Assembly (NCBI GenBank): GCA_038230375.1
Contig: JBBRNJ010000004.1
Span: 32,001 to 96,000, forward strand
Origin: Polyangiales bacterium
Lineage (GTDB): Bacteria > Myxococcota_A > Polyangia > Polyangiales > Polyangiaceae
DNA: 64,000 nt
Reading direction: 5' to 3'
Position 1 is the first letter of the stretch; every line of letters begins with the position of its first letter. The translations under genes were made by a program, and so were the position numbers. Under the pieces are notes generated by a model. It saw only the letters and a list, made by a program, of their open reading frames with translations, ran no database searches and was not told the DNA's origin. This document shows, one piece after another, positions 36,752 to 47,131 of the stretch.

Positions 36752-38011
36752 ATGAACGACGTCGCCGCGCACAAGGACCTCACGATCAACGGCAAGCGCC
36801 TCTGGGATTCGCTCATGGAGCTTGCGAAGATCGGCGCCACACCGAAGGGCGGCGTGTGCAGGCTCGCCCTCACCGATCTCGACAAGCAAGGCCGTGACCT
36901 GGTCACGTCATGGGGCAAGGCCGCGGGCCTCACGGTCACCATCGACAAGATCGGAAACGTGTTCATGCGCCGCGCGGGCAAGAACCCGAGCCTCCCGCCC
37001 ATCGCATGCGGAAGCCACATCGACACGCAGCCCACGGGCGGCAAGTTCGACGGCAACTACGGCGTGCTCGCCGGCATCGAGGTGGTCCGCACGCTGAACG
37101 ACAAGAACATCCAGACGGAGGCGCCCATCGAGGTCATCTTCTGGACCAACGAGGAAGGCTCGCGCTTCGTCCCCGTCATGATGGGCTCCGGAGTCTTCGC
37201 AGGCGCCTTCACGCTGGACCACGTGTACGCCGCGAAGGATGTCGCCGGCAAGACCGTGAAGGAGGAGCTCACGCGCATTGGCTACGTCGGCGACGAGGAG
37301 CCCGGCAAGCACCCGATGGGCGCGTACTTCGAGGCGCACATCGAGCAGGGCCCCGTGCTGGAGGACGCGAACAAGACCATCGGCGTCGTCACCGGCGTGC
37401 TCGGCCTGCGCTGGTACGACTGCGTGGTGAGCGGCATGGAAGCGCATGCGGGCCCCACGCCCATGGCGCTGCGCAAGGACGCGCTGCAGGTGGCCGCGCG
37501 CATCATGCAGGAGACCGTGGCGATCGCGAACAAGTACCCGCCGTACGGGCGCGGCACGGTGGGCTTCGTGCAGGTGCATCCGAACAGCCGCAACGTGATC
37601 CCCGGCACGGTGAAGTTCTCGATCGATCTCCGCAACGTCGACAACGAGCGCCTTGATACGATGGACAAGGAAATCCGCGCTTTCATCGAGAAAACAAGCA
37701 AGGAGAGCGGCCTCCCCATCTCCCTCGAGCAGGTCTCCTACTTCCCGCCCTGCCCGTTCGAGAAGGGCTGCGTGGAGGCGGTGCGCAGCGGCGCCGAGCG
37801 ACTTGGCTACTCGCTCATGGACGCCGTCTCTGGCGCTGGTCACGACGCGGTCTATATGGCGCGCCTCGCCCCCGCGGGAATGATCTTCGTGCCGTGCAAG
37901 GATGGCATCAGCCACAACGAGATAGAGGACGCGAAGCCCGAGCACCTGGAAGCCGGCTGCAACGTCCTGCTACACGCCATGCTCGAGCGCGCGAAGGTGA
38001 CGTCGTCATGA
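36752..38011 (+). CDS. M20 Zn-dependent N-carbamoyl-amino acid amidohydrolase (beta-ureidopropionase/allantoate amidohydrolase type)
   Basis: GSHIDTQPTGGKFDG, NEEGSRF, EAHIEQGP, HAGPTPM, SGAGHDA, SHNEIE. Confidence 0.92.
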   Translation: MNDVAAHKDLTINGKRLWDSLMELAKIGATPKGGVCRLALTDLDKQGRDLVTSWGKAAGLTVTIDKIGNVFMRRAGKNPSLPPIACGSHIDTQPTGGKFDGNYGVLAGIEVVRTLNDKNIQTEAPIEVIFWTNEEGSRFVPVMMGSGVFAGAFTLDHVYAAKDVAGKTVKEELTRIGYVGDEEPGKHPMGAYFEAHIEQGPVLEDANKTIGVVTGVLGLRWYDCVVSGMEAHAGPTPMALRKDALQVAARIMQETVAIANKYPPYGRGTVGFVQVHPNSRNVIPGTVKFSIDLRNVDNERLDTMDKEIRAFIEKTSKESGLPISLEQVSYFPPCPFEKGCVEAVRSGAERLGYSLMDAVSGAGHDAVYMARLAPAGMIFVPCKDGISHNEIEDAKPEHLEAGCNVLLHAMLERAKVTSS

Positions 38012-38769
38012 ACAAGAGCATGACCCCGACGACAAGGCGCGAGCTCGACATCAAGACCGCTGACGGCACCGCGAAGGCGTGGGGCTACAGACCAGAGGGC
38101 GACGCGCCCGTCCCGGCGGTGCTCTTCTTCATTGATGCGCTCCTGGTGCGCCCAGCCATGCACGCCATGGCGGAGCGGCTGGCGAGCAAGGGCTACTTCG
38201 TCCTCTTGCCGAACGTGTTCTACCGCAGCGGCGACATCGCGCCGTTCGATCCGGTCACCATCTGGACGGACGAGAAGGAGCGCGCGCGACTCGGCGCGAT
38301 CATGGGCGCTGTCACGATCCAGGCGGCGATGCAGGACACCCTTGCGTACCTGGATACGATCGCTGCACAGAAGGACGTGCAGAAGGGCGGCGCGGGCGTC
38401 ATGGGCTACTGCATGGGCGGTCGGTGGGCCTTCTCTGCGGCCGGCCATCACGGTGATCGCATCAAGGCGATGGCCTGCATCCACGGCGGCAACGTGATCA
38501 CGGAGAAGCCGGACAGCCCGCATTTGCTCGCGGACAAGATCACAGCGAAGCTCTACTTCGGTGTCGCCGACGAGGACGGGAGCTTCACGCCGGAGCACCA
38601 GGGCGCCCTTGCGACCACGCTCGGCAAGGCGCATCTCGACTACCAGATCGAGCTCTACAAGGGCGCGAAGCACGGCTTCGCAGTGAGCGACATGACCCCG
38701 TACGACAAGCCCTCATCGGAGCGTCACTGGTCCCGCGTGGAGACGCTGTTCGCCAGCACGCTCGCGTGA
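38008..38769 (+). CDS. Dienelactone hydrolase family protein
   Basis: GYCMGG nucleophile motif; YKGAKHGF. Confidence 0.9.
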   Translation: MNKSMTPTTRRELDIKTADGTAKAWGYRPEGDAPVPAVLFFIDALLVRPAMHAMAERLASKGYFVLLPNVFYRSGDIAPFDPVTIWTDEKERARLGAIMGAVTIQAAMQDTLAYLDTIAAQKDVQKGGAGVMGYCMGGRWAFSAAGHHGDRIKAMACIHGGNVITEKPDSPHLLADKITAKLYFGVADEDGSFTPEHQGALATTLGKAHLDYQIELYKGAKHGFAVSDMTPYDKPSSERHWSRVETLFASTLA

Positions 38770-41435
38770 TTCGCCGGCTCGCTTCGCTCGGGTTGCTCCT
38801 CGCTGTCACCGCGTGCGGTGGCCCAGAGCCCAGCGTCGTGGTGCCTCCGCGCGAGAGTGATGCGAAGCCCGAAGCAGGCACCGGAAGCGGCATCTCCTAC
38901 GCCGGCAACGTGGACGTCCCGGAGGCAGAGCTGCGCAAGCTCCTCACGTGGGGCTCCGCGTGGACGAACGCGTACCCTGAGAACGAGGTGCTGGATGCCA
39001 ACGTGGAGCGCGTCCGCGACCTGTACGTGAATCGCGGCAACCTGGACGCCAAGGTGGAGCTCACCAACGTGGTCCGCGGCAACGACGGGAAGCTCACGAG
39101 CGGCACGTTCCTCATCAACGAAGGCGCGCGCTACAAGATCGGCAAGCTACGCGTGACCGAGAAGGGCGGAACACTGGACGGAATGGAGCCGCTGCTGTCG
39201 CGACTCCACGTGGGCCCGGGCTCCTTCCTGGAGCGTCCGAAGATCAAGAGCGACCTGGAGGCGCTCGAGCGCGCGTACCAGGATCAAGGCTACGTCGCGG
39301 TCTCCCTGGAGCCCGACATGACCATGCATCCGGAGAAGGCGACCGCCGATCTCGTGGTGACCATCGAGCGCCGGGCCCGCGCGACATTCCACGATGTGGC
39401 GGTGATCGGCAATCACTCCGTGCCGAACGAGACCCTGCGCAAGGCGTTCACCTTCGCAGAGGACGACGTCTTCAACGAGACCAAGCTGGAGGAGACGAAG
39501 CAGCGCCTCTTTGAGCTGTTCAACAAGCAGGGGCTCAACTTGGTCCGCAGCCTGGAGCAGGATCCGTCCCACGTGAACGTGCAGTTCGAGGTGTACGAGC
39601 CCGGCTCGGAGATGCCAACGTCCCGGCTGCGGGCGCCATGCTCCGCGCACGTGAATATCGCGGCGCTGCTCCAGAAGCACGCGGGCGCGTTCGGGTCCGA
39701 GGCCGCCGTGCGCGCCGCGTTGCCACGCACGTTCAAGGGCTACGTGGAGACGCCGATGCGCTCCGGCGACACGGCGTTCTACGTGGACACAGCGCAACAC
39801 AGGCTCGAGATCTCGATGGGCGGCGTGGATCCCTTCCGGCCTGCGCGCTTGTCGCTGGGCGCGGGCGTGGACAAGAAGGGCGCATGGGAGCTCGGCCTGT
39901 CCGGCGAGGTGGTGCGACTGCAGGGCGACGTGGTGGCGGGAGGCTCCTTCATGGGATGGCTCTTCCGCCGCGAGTACCTGAAGGACGCCGCGAAGAAGGG
40001 CGCCACCGCGGAGTGCAGGACCGAAGGCGACAACACGGAGACGTTCGTGACGTTCCGCGGCGAGAACGGCGAGGCCACGCGGCGCCTCGTGTTCGACGCG
40101 CAGACGGGAGAGATCACCGGCTTCGAGGTCCTGCGCCGTGGCGTGGCGTCGTACGGAAAGATCGTCACGTGGGGAGCCGCAGGCGCGGACGGCGTGCGCT
40201 GGCCCGTTCGGCTCTCCGTGATCGCGCCCATTGGCAACGACCTACGCTTCACGAGCGACGCGCCCGGGCTCGGGTGCGGAACCAAGGACTGTACGGCGGC
40301 GATGCCCGCGCACATGACGGCCACGTGGCCCGCCAGCGGCGTCACGACCGTGCCCTTCACGTTCTTCGAGAACGAGCTCTTCTTGCGCACGAAGGTGAAC
40401 GACCGCGAGGTGTGGGCAGTGCTCGACTCCGGCGCGTCGCTCACGTCGTTCGACACCACCGCGCCGCTGGGTGCGTCGGCAAAGCCGGTGCTGTCTCTCT
40501 GGGCGCGCGGCTCCACGCAGGGCCTGGCCTATGGCGTTTCCGTGGTGGGTCGTGTGTCCGTGGGGGACCTCACGTTCCACGACATGCCGGTCGCGTCAGC
40601 GCCGCTGTCCGTGCTCGCATCGGGCGGCGCGATGCGTGCGGAGGCGATCCTGGGCATCGCGTTCTTCCAGCAGGCAGCGGTACGTGTAGATTACATGAAA
40701 CAGACGGTGACGTTTGCGCGGGATGCATCGCTCCTGCCCGCGCGCCCGGGCCGCGCAGTGCCCACGCTGGCAACGTGGGACATGCTGACGGGCAACGCGA
40801 CGGTCGCGGGGAAGACCGCCATCTTCCAGCTGGACACCGGCAACGGCAACGGCCTCAACATCGAGGAGGCGTGGGCGAAGGACGTTGGCCTGCCGGGCAA
40901 CCTTCCCACCGTGCAGGCCTCCGCGCTCACCGGCGCAGGCGAGCGCGTGACCATGCTCACGATGTTTCGCGTGCCGAAGGTCACGCTCGGCCCCATCCAC
41001 TACGACGACAAGCTGGTGCAGATGAACAACGCCGCGCCCAAGAGCGGGCTCGGCGGGCTGATCGGCAACGACCTGTTCGCGCGATGCGAGGCCGTGACGT
41101 TCGACCCGAAGCAGCACATGCTCATCTTCCACGGCACCTGCGATCGGCCGCGAACCGAGAGCAAGACGGGCTGGCACCTTGAGCGAAAGGACGACGAGCT
41201 CTGGAAGAGCACGCCGTGGATCGTGGCCGCGCTCTTGCCAGGCACTGCCGCCCACATCGCAGGCATCGAACCGGGCGATCGCCTCCTCGAGATCGATGGC
41301 AAACCAGCAACACTGGATCGCGCGGGCTGGAACGACATCTTCTACGGAGCCGAGGGCAGGTTGGTTCCCGTGGTGGTCGTGCGCAAGGGCGAGAAGCGAG
41401 CGATCACGCTGACGCTCCGCTCCATCCTGAAATAG
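38766..41435 (+). CDS. Lipoprotein with POTRA repeats, two retropepsin-like aspartyl protease domains and a PDZ domain
   Basis: VTAC lipobox; YVNRGNLDAKV, INEGARYKI, YQDQGY, VIGNHSV (POTRA); LDSGA and LDTGN; AHIAGIEPGDRLLEIDG (PDZ). Confidence 0.75.
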   Translation: MIRRLASLGLLLAVTACGGPEPSVVVPPRESDAKPEAGTGSGISYAGNVDVPEAELRKLLTWGSAWTNAYPENEVLDANVERVRDLYVNRGNLDAKVELTNVVRGNDGKLTSGTFLINEGARYKIGKLRVTEKGGTLDGMEPLLSRLHVGPGSFLERPKIKSDLEALERAYQDQGYVAVSLEPDMTMHPEKATADLVVTIERRARATFHDVAVIGNHSVPNETLRKAFTFAEDDVFNETKLEETKQRLFELFNKQGLNLVRSLEQDPSHVNVQFEVYEPGSEMPTSRLRAPCSAHVNIAALLQKHAGAFGSEAAVRAALPRTFKGYVETPMRSGDTAFYVDTAQHRLEISMGGVDPFRPARLSLGAGVDKKGAWELGLSGEVVRLQGDVVAGGSFMGWLFRREYLKDAAKKGATAECRTEGDNTETFVTFRGENGEATRRLVFDAQTGEITGFEVLRRGVASYGKIVTWGAAGADGVRWPVRLSVIAPIGNDLRFTSDAPGLGCGTKDCTAAMPAHMTATWPASGVTTVPFTFFENELFLRTKVNDREVWAVLDSGASLTSFDTTAPLGASAKPVLSLWARGSTQGLAYGVSVVGRVSVGDLTFHDMPVASAPLSVLASGGAMRAEAILGIAFFQQAAVRVDYMKQTVTFARDASLLPARPGRAVPTLATWDMLTGNATVAGKTAIFQLDTGNGNGLNIEEAWAKDVGLPGNLPTVQASALTGAGERVTMLTMFRVPKVTLGPIHYDDKLVQMNNAAPKSGLGGLIGNDLFARCEAVTFDPKQHMLIFHGTCDRPRTESKTGWHLERKDDELWKSTPWIVAALLPGTAAHIAGIEPGDRLLEIDGKPATLDRAGWNDIFYGAEGRLVPVVVVRKGEKRAITLTLRSILK

Positions 41436-41452
41436 CTACGCCACGAATCACC

Positions 41453-42175
41453 TCACGGCGTGCACGTCGGGCCTGCGGGCAGGCCGCTGCCCTTGGCCCT
41501 TGCGAGGCGAGCTGCAGTTCCCGGTCCGTAGCTTCCGTCTTCGGCGATCTTGTCGTTCGGATTGCTGTGGTTCCACAGGCGCTGGAACGCGAGCACGCTG
41601 AGGGAGCGAACGTCCGTACCGCCAGCCGTGTAATCGAAGTGCACCTTGTCCGCGCTTCCGAACCAGCGCCAGCCGTGCGAGGCCATCGCGCTCTGCCAGT
41701 CGCCGTAGTTCGAGATGTCGAGCGCGCGCCCGCCTTCGTGGTTCGAGTTGCCCGGCACCGCCGCGAGCACGCCGCAGGCGCTGTGTCCCTGGTAGAGCGC
41801 GTACTGCATTCCGAGCGTGCGAAACCCTGAGTTCAGCGTCATGTGGGTTCCCGGATGCGCGAGCAGCGCAGCGTCCAGCGCGTCTGCGGCAGGCTTCTCC
41901 AGCCACGGCAGGACGTTCGGCCCCATCGAGAGGTTCGGCCGCGCCGTGATGTGCGTGAACGTCCCGGGCTTGATGCAGTTGATCTCCTCGAGCTCCTGCT
42001 TCGCGAGCGCTTGCACCGCCGTGGTGTCGCACGAGCCGGAGATGTCCTCTCCTGTGCCGTCCGTGTTCTCGGCGCCATCCTGCCCTCCGCACGCGGCAAG
42101 TGAGAGCAGCGCCATGAGCGCGGTGGTTCCGGCGAGACCCAGACTACGTTTGGAGAGAGTGTGTGCGGATTTCAT
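41453..42175 (-). CDS. M15-family D,D-peptidase-like lipoprotein with a C-terminal peptidoglycan-binding motif
   Basis: NSGFRT...SNHEGGRALDI...DKVHFD; AFQRLWN...DGSYGPGT. Confidence 0.85.
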   Translation of the reverse strand: MKSAHTLSKRSLGLAGTTALMALLSLAACGGQDGAENTDGTGEDISGSCDTTAVQALAKQELEEINCIKPGTFTHITARPNLSMGPNVLPWLEKPAADALDAALLAHPGTHMTLNSGFRTLGMQYALYQGHSACGVLAAVPGNSNHEGGRALDISNYGDWQSAMASHGWRWFGSADKVHFDYTAGGTDVRSLSVLAFQRLWNHSNPNDKIAEDGSYGPGTAARLARAKGSGLPAGPTCTP

Positions 42176-42190
42176 CTTGAGCCGCCATCG

Positions 42191-42206
42191 AGCATCCCGC
42201 GTGCCG
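42191..42206 (-). promoter_or_regulatory. Sigma-54 -24/-12 promoter
   Basis: Minus strand CGGCACGCGGGATGCT. Confidence 0.6.
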
Positions 42207-42436
42207 ACGCACTCATGCGCGCAGCACCCGAGACTCGCTTGAAACAGACGCGATGCAGACGAACGGTGCGCGCGACGAATCTGCGGCGAATCTGCGCCCG
42301 CGCGAAGGTCTAGATCGCAGCACGCGTCCCAGGGAGACAGGCTTGTCTCTCAGGCGTGACGGAGCATGCATGGTGCATCGGTTCGTCGTTGAACCACCAT
42401 GTGCATCCGCGCGTCCTCACCTGTCGCGCGCGCGCT

Positions 42437-43543
42437 TCACCGTGAAGCCAGGAACGCCCCCATGCCGGCGGCAAGCAGGACGAGCACGATCGCAAACACG
42501 ATCAGCCGTCCCACGCCCTTCGGCGCCGGGCGCTCCTCCTTCACGACTGTGAGCTTGTCTTCCGACGGCACATCGGGCGGCGCTCGCTTCACCAGGGCGA
42601 TCCGCTCCAGGGATACGGGGCCGTCCGGACCCGAAAACGGGAGCAGAGCGCGCGCGAGCTGGGAGATCTCCTGGTAGCGGCTCTCCGGCTTCTTGGAGAG
42701 ACAGCGCATGACGATACGGGACAGGTCCTCGGGCAGGTCCGGAACAAGGTCGATCGGGGCCGGGAAGTCGCCCCGGACGATCGCGTCCACGTGCTCGCGG
42801 AACGACATGGCCTTGATGGGCAGCTCACCGGTGAGCAGTCGGTAGAGGATGGCGCCCATCGAATAGACGTCACTCCGGACGTCCGCGTCCCGCGCGGACA
42901 GCAGCTGCTCCGGCGCCATGTACGCGGGCGAGCCGAGCATGTCCGTCACGTGGGTGATCACGCTGTCCGCGTACTCCTCGTCGGGGTCGATGATCTTCGA
43001 CACGCCGAAGTCGAGCACCTTCACGATGGGGAGCGGCGCGTCCTCCGCGTCGGCGGCGGGCTTCCGCAGCTTGGGATCGCCGTCGTAGCCGGCCACGAAG
43101 ACGTTCGCAGGCTTGAGGTCCCTGTGGACGATGCCCTCCGCGTGCGCGGCGCCCAGGCCCGCGCAGGCCTGAAGCGTGTATTCTACAACTTCTTCCACCG
43201 GTAAGCGGGAACGCTCGGACAGGATGCGTGCGAGATCCTTCCCCGTCAGGTGCTCCATGACGATGAACGGGCGGCCGTCGCGGAGCTCGCCGGCGGAGGT
43301 GACCTTCGCGACATGACGGCTCTCGAGCCCGGTGACGGCGCGGATCTCGCGCATGAAGCGCCCTCGCGCGGTGGCTCCACCACCGTCACTGGCGACCTCG
43401 GCGCGCAGGAACTTGATCGCCACGCGCTCGTTCGTCTCCGTGTCCGTCGCGGACATGACGGAGCCCATGCCGCCTTCGCCCAGCATGGGGCCAAGGCGGT
43501 ACTTCCCCGCGACGAGAGACCCCTCCGTCAGCTCCTCAAGCAT
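42437..43543 (-). CDS. Ser/Thr protein kinase with a C-terminal TM helix
   Basis: GEGGMGSV, HRDLKPAN, DFG, GSPAYMAPEQ. Confidence 0.92.
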   Translation of the reverse strand: MLEELTEGSLVAGKYRLGPMLGEGGMGSVMSATDTETNERVAIKFLRAEVASDGGGATARGRFMREIRAVTGLESRHVAKVTSAGELRDGRPFIVMEHLTGKDLARILSERSRLPVEEVVEYTLQACAGLGAAHAEGIVHRDLKPANVFVAGYDGDPKLRKPAADAEDAPLPIVKVLDFGVSKIIDPDEEYADSVITHVTDMLGSPAYMAPEQLLSARDADVRSDVYSMGAILYRLLTGELPIKAMSFREHVDAIVRGDFPAPIDLVPDLPEDLSRIVMRCLSKKPESRYQEISQLARALLPFSGPDGPVSLERIALVKRAPPDVPSEDKLTVVKEERPAPKGVGRLIVFAIVLVLLAAGMGAFLASR

Positions 43544-43652
43544 AGGTTCCGCTGGAGGTTCTACACGGACCGATCAGAGGAGTCCACGTTCCGGCAGCGC
43601 GCTGCCAGCATCGCTCGACGCGCGCCCGGCGCCAGGGTACATCAAGGGGGCG

Positions 43653-44741
43653 ATGCGCATTCTCGACGTCACCGTGAGGCCACTCTCGGTCCCGCTCGTG
43701 GAGCCGTTCGTCATCGCCACCGCAACGATGACCGCAACGCGCGCAGCCCTGGTGCGTGTCACCTGCGACGGCGGCCCGTTCGGCCTTGGGGAGGCCGCAT
43801 GCCTTCACCCCATCACGGAAGAGGACCAGCCTGACGTGCTGCGCGTCCTGTCCGAGATCGCACCCACGTTGAAAGGGGCGTCGATCGGCCACACGGCGGA
43901 CATCGACCCGCTGCTCGGGGCGCTCGCGGGGAGCCCGGTGGCGCGCGCCGCCCTGGAGATGGCCCTGCTCGACGCGCTGGCCCGTGGGCGCGGTATCCCG
44001 CTCGCGGAGCTCTTCCGCGATAATGTTGTACCCTACATGCATCTGGTGACGGACATCACCATCCCGATCCTCCCGCGCGAGGAGATGCAGCGGCTCGCAA
44101 GGAAGTGGTACGCCCGTGGCTTCTCCGTCTTCAAGCTCAAGGTCGGAAAGGACCTCGCGGTGGACCTGGGCAACGTGGAGGCCATCCACGACGAGGTGCC
44201 CGGCGCCAGCTACCGCGTGGATGCGAACGGCGGCTACACCAGCGACGACGCCATCACCTTCACCGAGCGCTGCGCGAAGATGGGCGTGCGCGTGGAGTGC
44301 TTCGAGCAGCCCTGCGCACGCGACGACATCGCCGCGCAGAAGAAGGTGAAGGACGCGATCACGATCCCGGTCATCGCGGACGAGTCGGTGCGCTCGCTCG
44401 CCGATCTGGAGAGGCTGGCTGCCGCGGACGCGACGGACGGCGTGAACCTGAAAATCGTCAAGGTGGGCGGGATCGCACGCGCGATCGAGATCGGTCGGCG
44501 CGCGAAGGAGCTAGGTCTGCGGGTGATGGTCGGCGGCATGGTGGAGACGCGCGTGGGCATGACTGCGGGCGCGCACGTGGCCGCGGCGCTCGGCGGTGTG
44601 GACTTCGTGGATCTGGATACGGCGTTTCTCCTGGCGAGCGATCCGTTCGTGGGCGGCTACAGGGCGCACGGCCCCAAGATGCAGCTCTACGGCGAAGGCC
44701 TAGGGGTGTTCGAGGCGGCAGCGCAGCGAGACCCGACGTAG
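43653..44741 (+). CDS. Dipeptide (L-Ala-D/L-Glu) epimerase, enolase superfamily
   Basis: FKLKVG, RVDANGG, FEQP, ADES, NLKIVK, DLD motif. Confidence 0.85.
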   Translation: MRILDVTVRPLSVPLVEPFVIATATMTATRAALVRVTCDGGPFGLGEAACLHPITEEDQPDVLRVLSEIAPTLKGASIGHTADIDPLLGALAGSPVARAALEMALLDALARGRGIPLAELFRDNVVPYMHLVTDITIPILPREEMQRLARKWYARGFSVFKLKVGKDLAVDLGNVEAIHDEVPGASYRVDANGGYTSDDAITFTERCAKMGVRVECFEQPCARDDIAAQKKVKDAITIPVIADESVRSLADLERLAAADATDGVNLKIVKVGGIARAIEIGRRAKELGLRVMVGGMVETRVGMTAGAHVAAALGGVDFVDLDTAFLLASDPFVGGYRAHGPKMQLYGEGLGVFEAAAQRDPT

Positions 44742-44767
44742 CCTCCGACTTCGACAACGACCTCGCG

Positions 44768-47092
44768 TCAGAAGGTCTTGTCGCCTGCGGCTTCTCCGAC
44801 CTGAAACTGCTCGATGCACTGAAGCGTGTAGATTGCACCATTCAGCGTCTCGTCGGTTGCCTTGCTGAAGACCAGCGCCTGCTGGCACTGGCGCGCGGGC
44901 TTCGCCGTGGCGGTGTTGTCCACGTAGCAGAAGCCGCTCTGCTTCTCGCTCTTGCAGGTCTCACCGGGCTTCTCGCCGATCTGTGGGACAACGCACACCG
45001 GCTTGCCGGCGGCGGCGGGATTGTCGCGGACGAATGCGGACAGCAGCTCTTGCGGCGGAGCGGAGAGGCCGAGACGCGCGCATTCTCCCTCGTCACCGCC
45101 CTTCGCCAGTGTGGCGAGCACGGTGCACGAGACCTGGTTCTTCTCGTCGCGAAGGAGCGCGCTCGGCAGACACTGCTGCGTGAGGCTTCCCTTCAGGCGA
45201 TCGATGATCGCGGACACGGCAGGGCGGTAGCCGTAGAGCGGGTTGGGTACGCCGCTCTTCTCCTCTGGTTCGAGGGTGACGCCCTGGTCGTCCACGGTGC
45301 GCGGGCACAGCGACGCCACGACACCTTGCTTGCCCAGCGCATGCGCCACGCGCAGCTCGCGTACGGTCGGATACGCCTTCGCGCGCGTCTGCGTCTTGCC
45401 GTTGCCCGGAGAGCAGAGCGGCGGGTTCTGCGTCCCGTCGCAGTCGCACGCATCCGGGTTCTGGGTGCAGTCCTTCTGCATGGCCAGCGGGAAGGTACAT
45501 GCATACTGCAAGTCATGGCCGTGCGTGTCCCACTCGCGCCCGTGCACGGGGTCGCCGCCGTTGTCGCCGGGGCTCGCGCTGGGCATGGGCAGCCCGGCCC
45601 TTGCGGTTGTCGACTGGACCATGTGCGGGTCGATGCCGCTGGTGTCGTAGTGGTCCGGGTCCTTGCCCAGGATCTTCTGCCAGTCGGCGTCCGTGAGCGC
45701 GCTCTTGTTGGCGTCGGTCGGATCGAAATGCAGGAGCTTTTGCGGTACGCCGCCGATCAGCGCGAAGAAGACGCTCTCTGGGTTGCGGGTACCCTTCGGG
45801 AGCTTGCAGAGCTCGCCCTTCGCGTTCTCGGGCAGCGCGGCGGCGAAGATCGGGTTCGTGCACGAGCCCGGGCCGCTGCGGTAGTTGCCGTTCGCGTCGT
45901 GCTCCTCGCTGCCTTTGGGCACGAATGCAGCGGAGAGCCCGCTCGCATAACGCGCGATCGGATACTGCGGGTCCACGCCGAAGCGGCGCTTCATGTCGAA
46001 GAAGCGCACGTTGAGCGAGTCCGCATCGGCGGCGTAGTACGCGCCCGACTTGCACGCGGGATCGTTCGACTGGTCGCGCGCGGAGAGCTGCGCGCACGAA
46101 CGGCACGCCGGATCGCCTGGATTCGTCGCGCAGATCGCGCTGCCCTTCGGCGCGGTGGTGCCGTCGCGCGTGTCGGACGAGCGGTGCGCTCCGTCGCCCG
46201 TGGGAAACGTGGTCTGTGAGTAGTACCAACCCTGACCGCCGACGGCGAGCGGGTCGGAGAAGGAGTCGTCCTCGTCCGTGAGCATGATCACGGCGAGCAG
46301 CGAGTCCGGGCGCAGGAAGTCGTGCCGCTCCTTCAGGATGGCCTCGTCGACGCCGGCGTATGCCGCGTGCTTGTCGGGACCGATGGTGATCTCCCGCCAC
46401 GGGTCCGGCTGGACGAGGAAGTGGTACCAGCTCTCCAGCTGCGCCTCGAGTCCGCAGCCACCCTGCCCCGTACCCACGACGAGATCCTGGAAGTCTGCCA
46501 CCAGCTTCGTGGCGTCGATGATCGGCCGTGCGGGCGCGACGTGATCGCGGTTCTGCTCCGTTGTCGGAAACCACGAGAGGAAGCCAGGCGGCGCGTCGGG
46601 CTCCTGGGCTTGTCCGCTCTTGTCCCAGGCGACGAGGCGCCCGTGGTCGTTCTTGCGTGGGGACTTCGAATCGTCGCAGAGCGCATCGCCGAACGTACCG
46701 AGCGACGATGACACGATGCCCACGTGGATGTCGGTGATGGGGGAGAACTCCGGCTCGCTGCCAGCGGCACATTGCGATGCGATCGGCTGCGTGGTGTCGG
46801 CGGCCTTGCCCGTGGCCTCGCCCGACACGCTGTTCACGCAGCTGGGGGTGACCAGGCGCTTCACGAGGTCAGGCACTGCCTCCGCGAGGATGGCCTGCTT
46901 GTCGGCCATGGACGCGGAGTTGTCGATGGCGAGCAGCAGATCGATCTTGTCGATCCCGCGCTGAGCGAGCGGGGTGCCGAAGCTCACCTTCGTGAGCGGA
47001 TCGGATTTGGCGACTGGCCGCGTGAGGCATCCCACGAGCCCCACCACGCAGATTCCCGCGACGCAGCAGTGCCGTACGATCGTGGTCGACAT
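44768..47092 (-). CDS. Large Cys-rich lipoprotein with a VWA-like MIDAS motif (CglB-like myxobacterial family)
   Basis: LVGC lipobox; DLLLAIDNSASM (DxSxS); GCGLEAQLES; FLRPDSLLAVIMLTDEDD. Confidence 0.7.
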   Translation of the reverse strand: MSTTIVRHCCVAGICVVGLVGCLTRPVAKSDPLTKVSFGTPLAQRGIDKIDLLLAIDNSASMADKQAILAEAVPDLVKRLVTPSCVNSVSGEATGKAADTTQPIASQCAAGSEPEFSPITDIHVGIVSSSLGTFGDALCDDSKSPRKNDHGRLVAWDKSGQAQEPDAPPGFLSWFPTTEQNRDHVAPARPIIDATKLVADFQDLVVGTGQGGCGLEAQLESWYHFLVQPDPWREITIGPDKHAAYAGVDEAILKERHDFLRPDSLLAVIMLTDEDDSFSDPLAVGGQGWYYSQTTFPTGDGAHRSSDTRDGTTAPKGSAICATNPGDPACRSCAQLSARDQSNDPACKSGAYYAADADSLNVRFFDMKRRFGVDPQYPIARYASGLSAAFVPKGSEEHDANGNYRSGPGSCTNPIFAAALPENAKGELCKLPKGTRNPESVFFALIGGVPQKLLHFDPTDANKSALTDADWQKILGKDPDHYDTSGIDPHMVQSTTARAGLPMPSASPGDNGGDPVHGREWDTHGHDLQYACTFPLAMQKDCTQNPDACDCDGTQNPPLCSPGNGKTQTRAKAYPTVRELRVAHALGKQGVVASLCPRTVDDQGVTLEPEEKSGVPNPLYGYRPAVSAIIDRLKGSLTQQCLPSALLRDEKNQVSCTVLATLAKGGDEGECARLGLSAPPQELLSAFVRDNPAAAGKPVCVVPQIGEKPGETCKSEKQSGFCYVDNTATAKPARQCQQALVFSKATDETLNGAIYTLQCIEQFQVGEAAGDKTF

Positions 47093-47131
47093 GCGAAGGG
47101 ATGGCCAAACCCCAGCGCCTTCATCGCGGAA

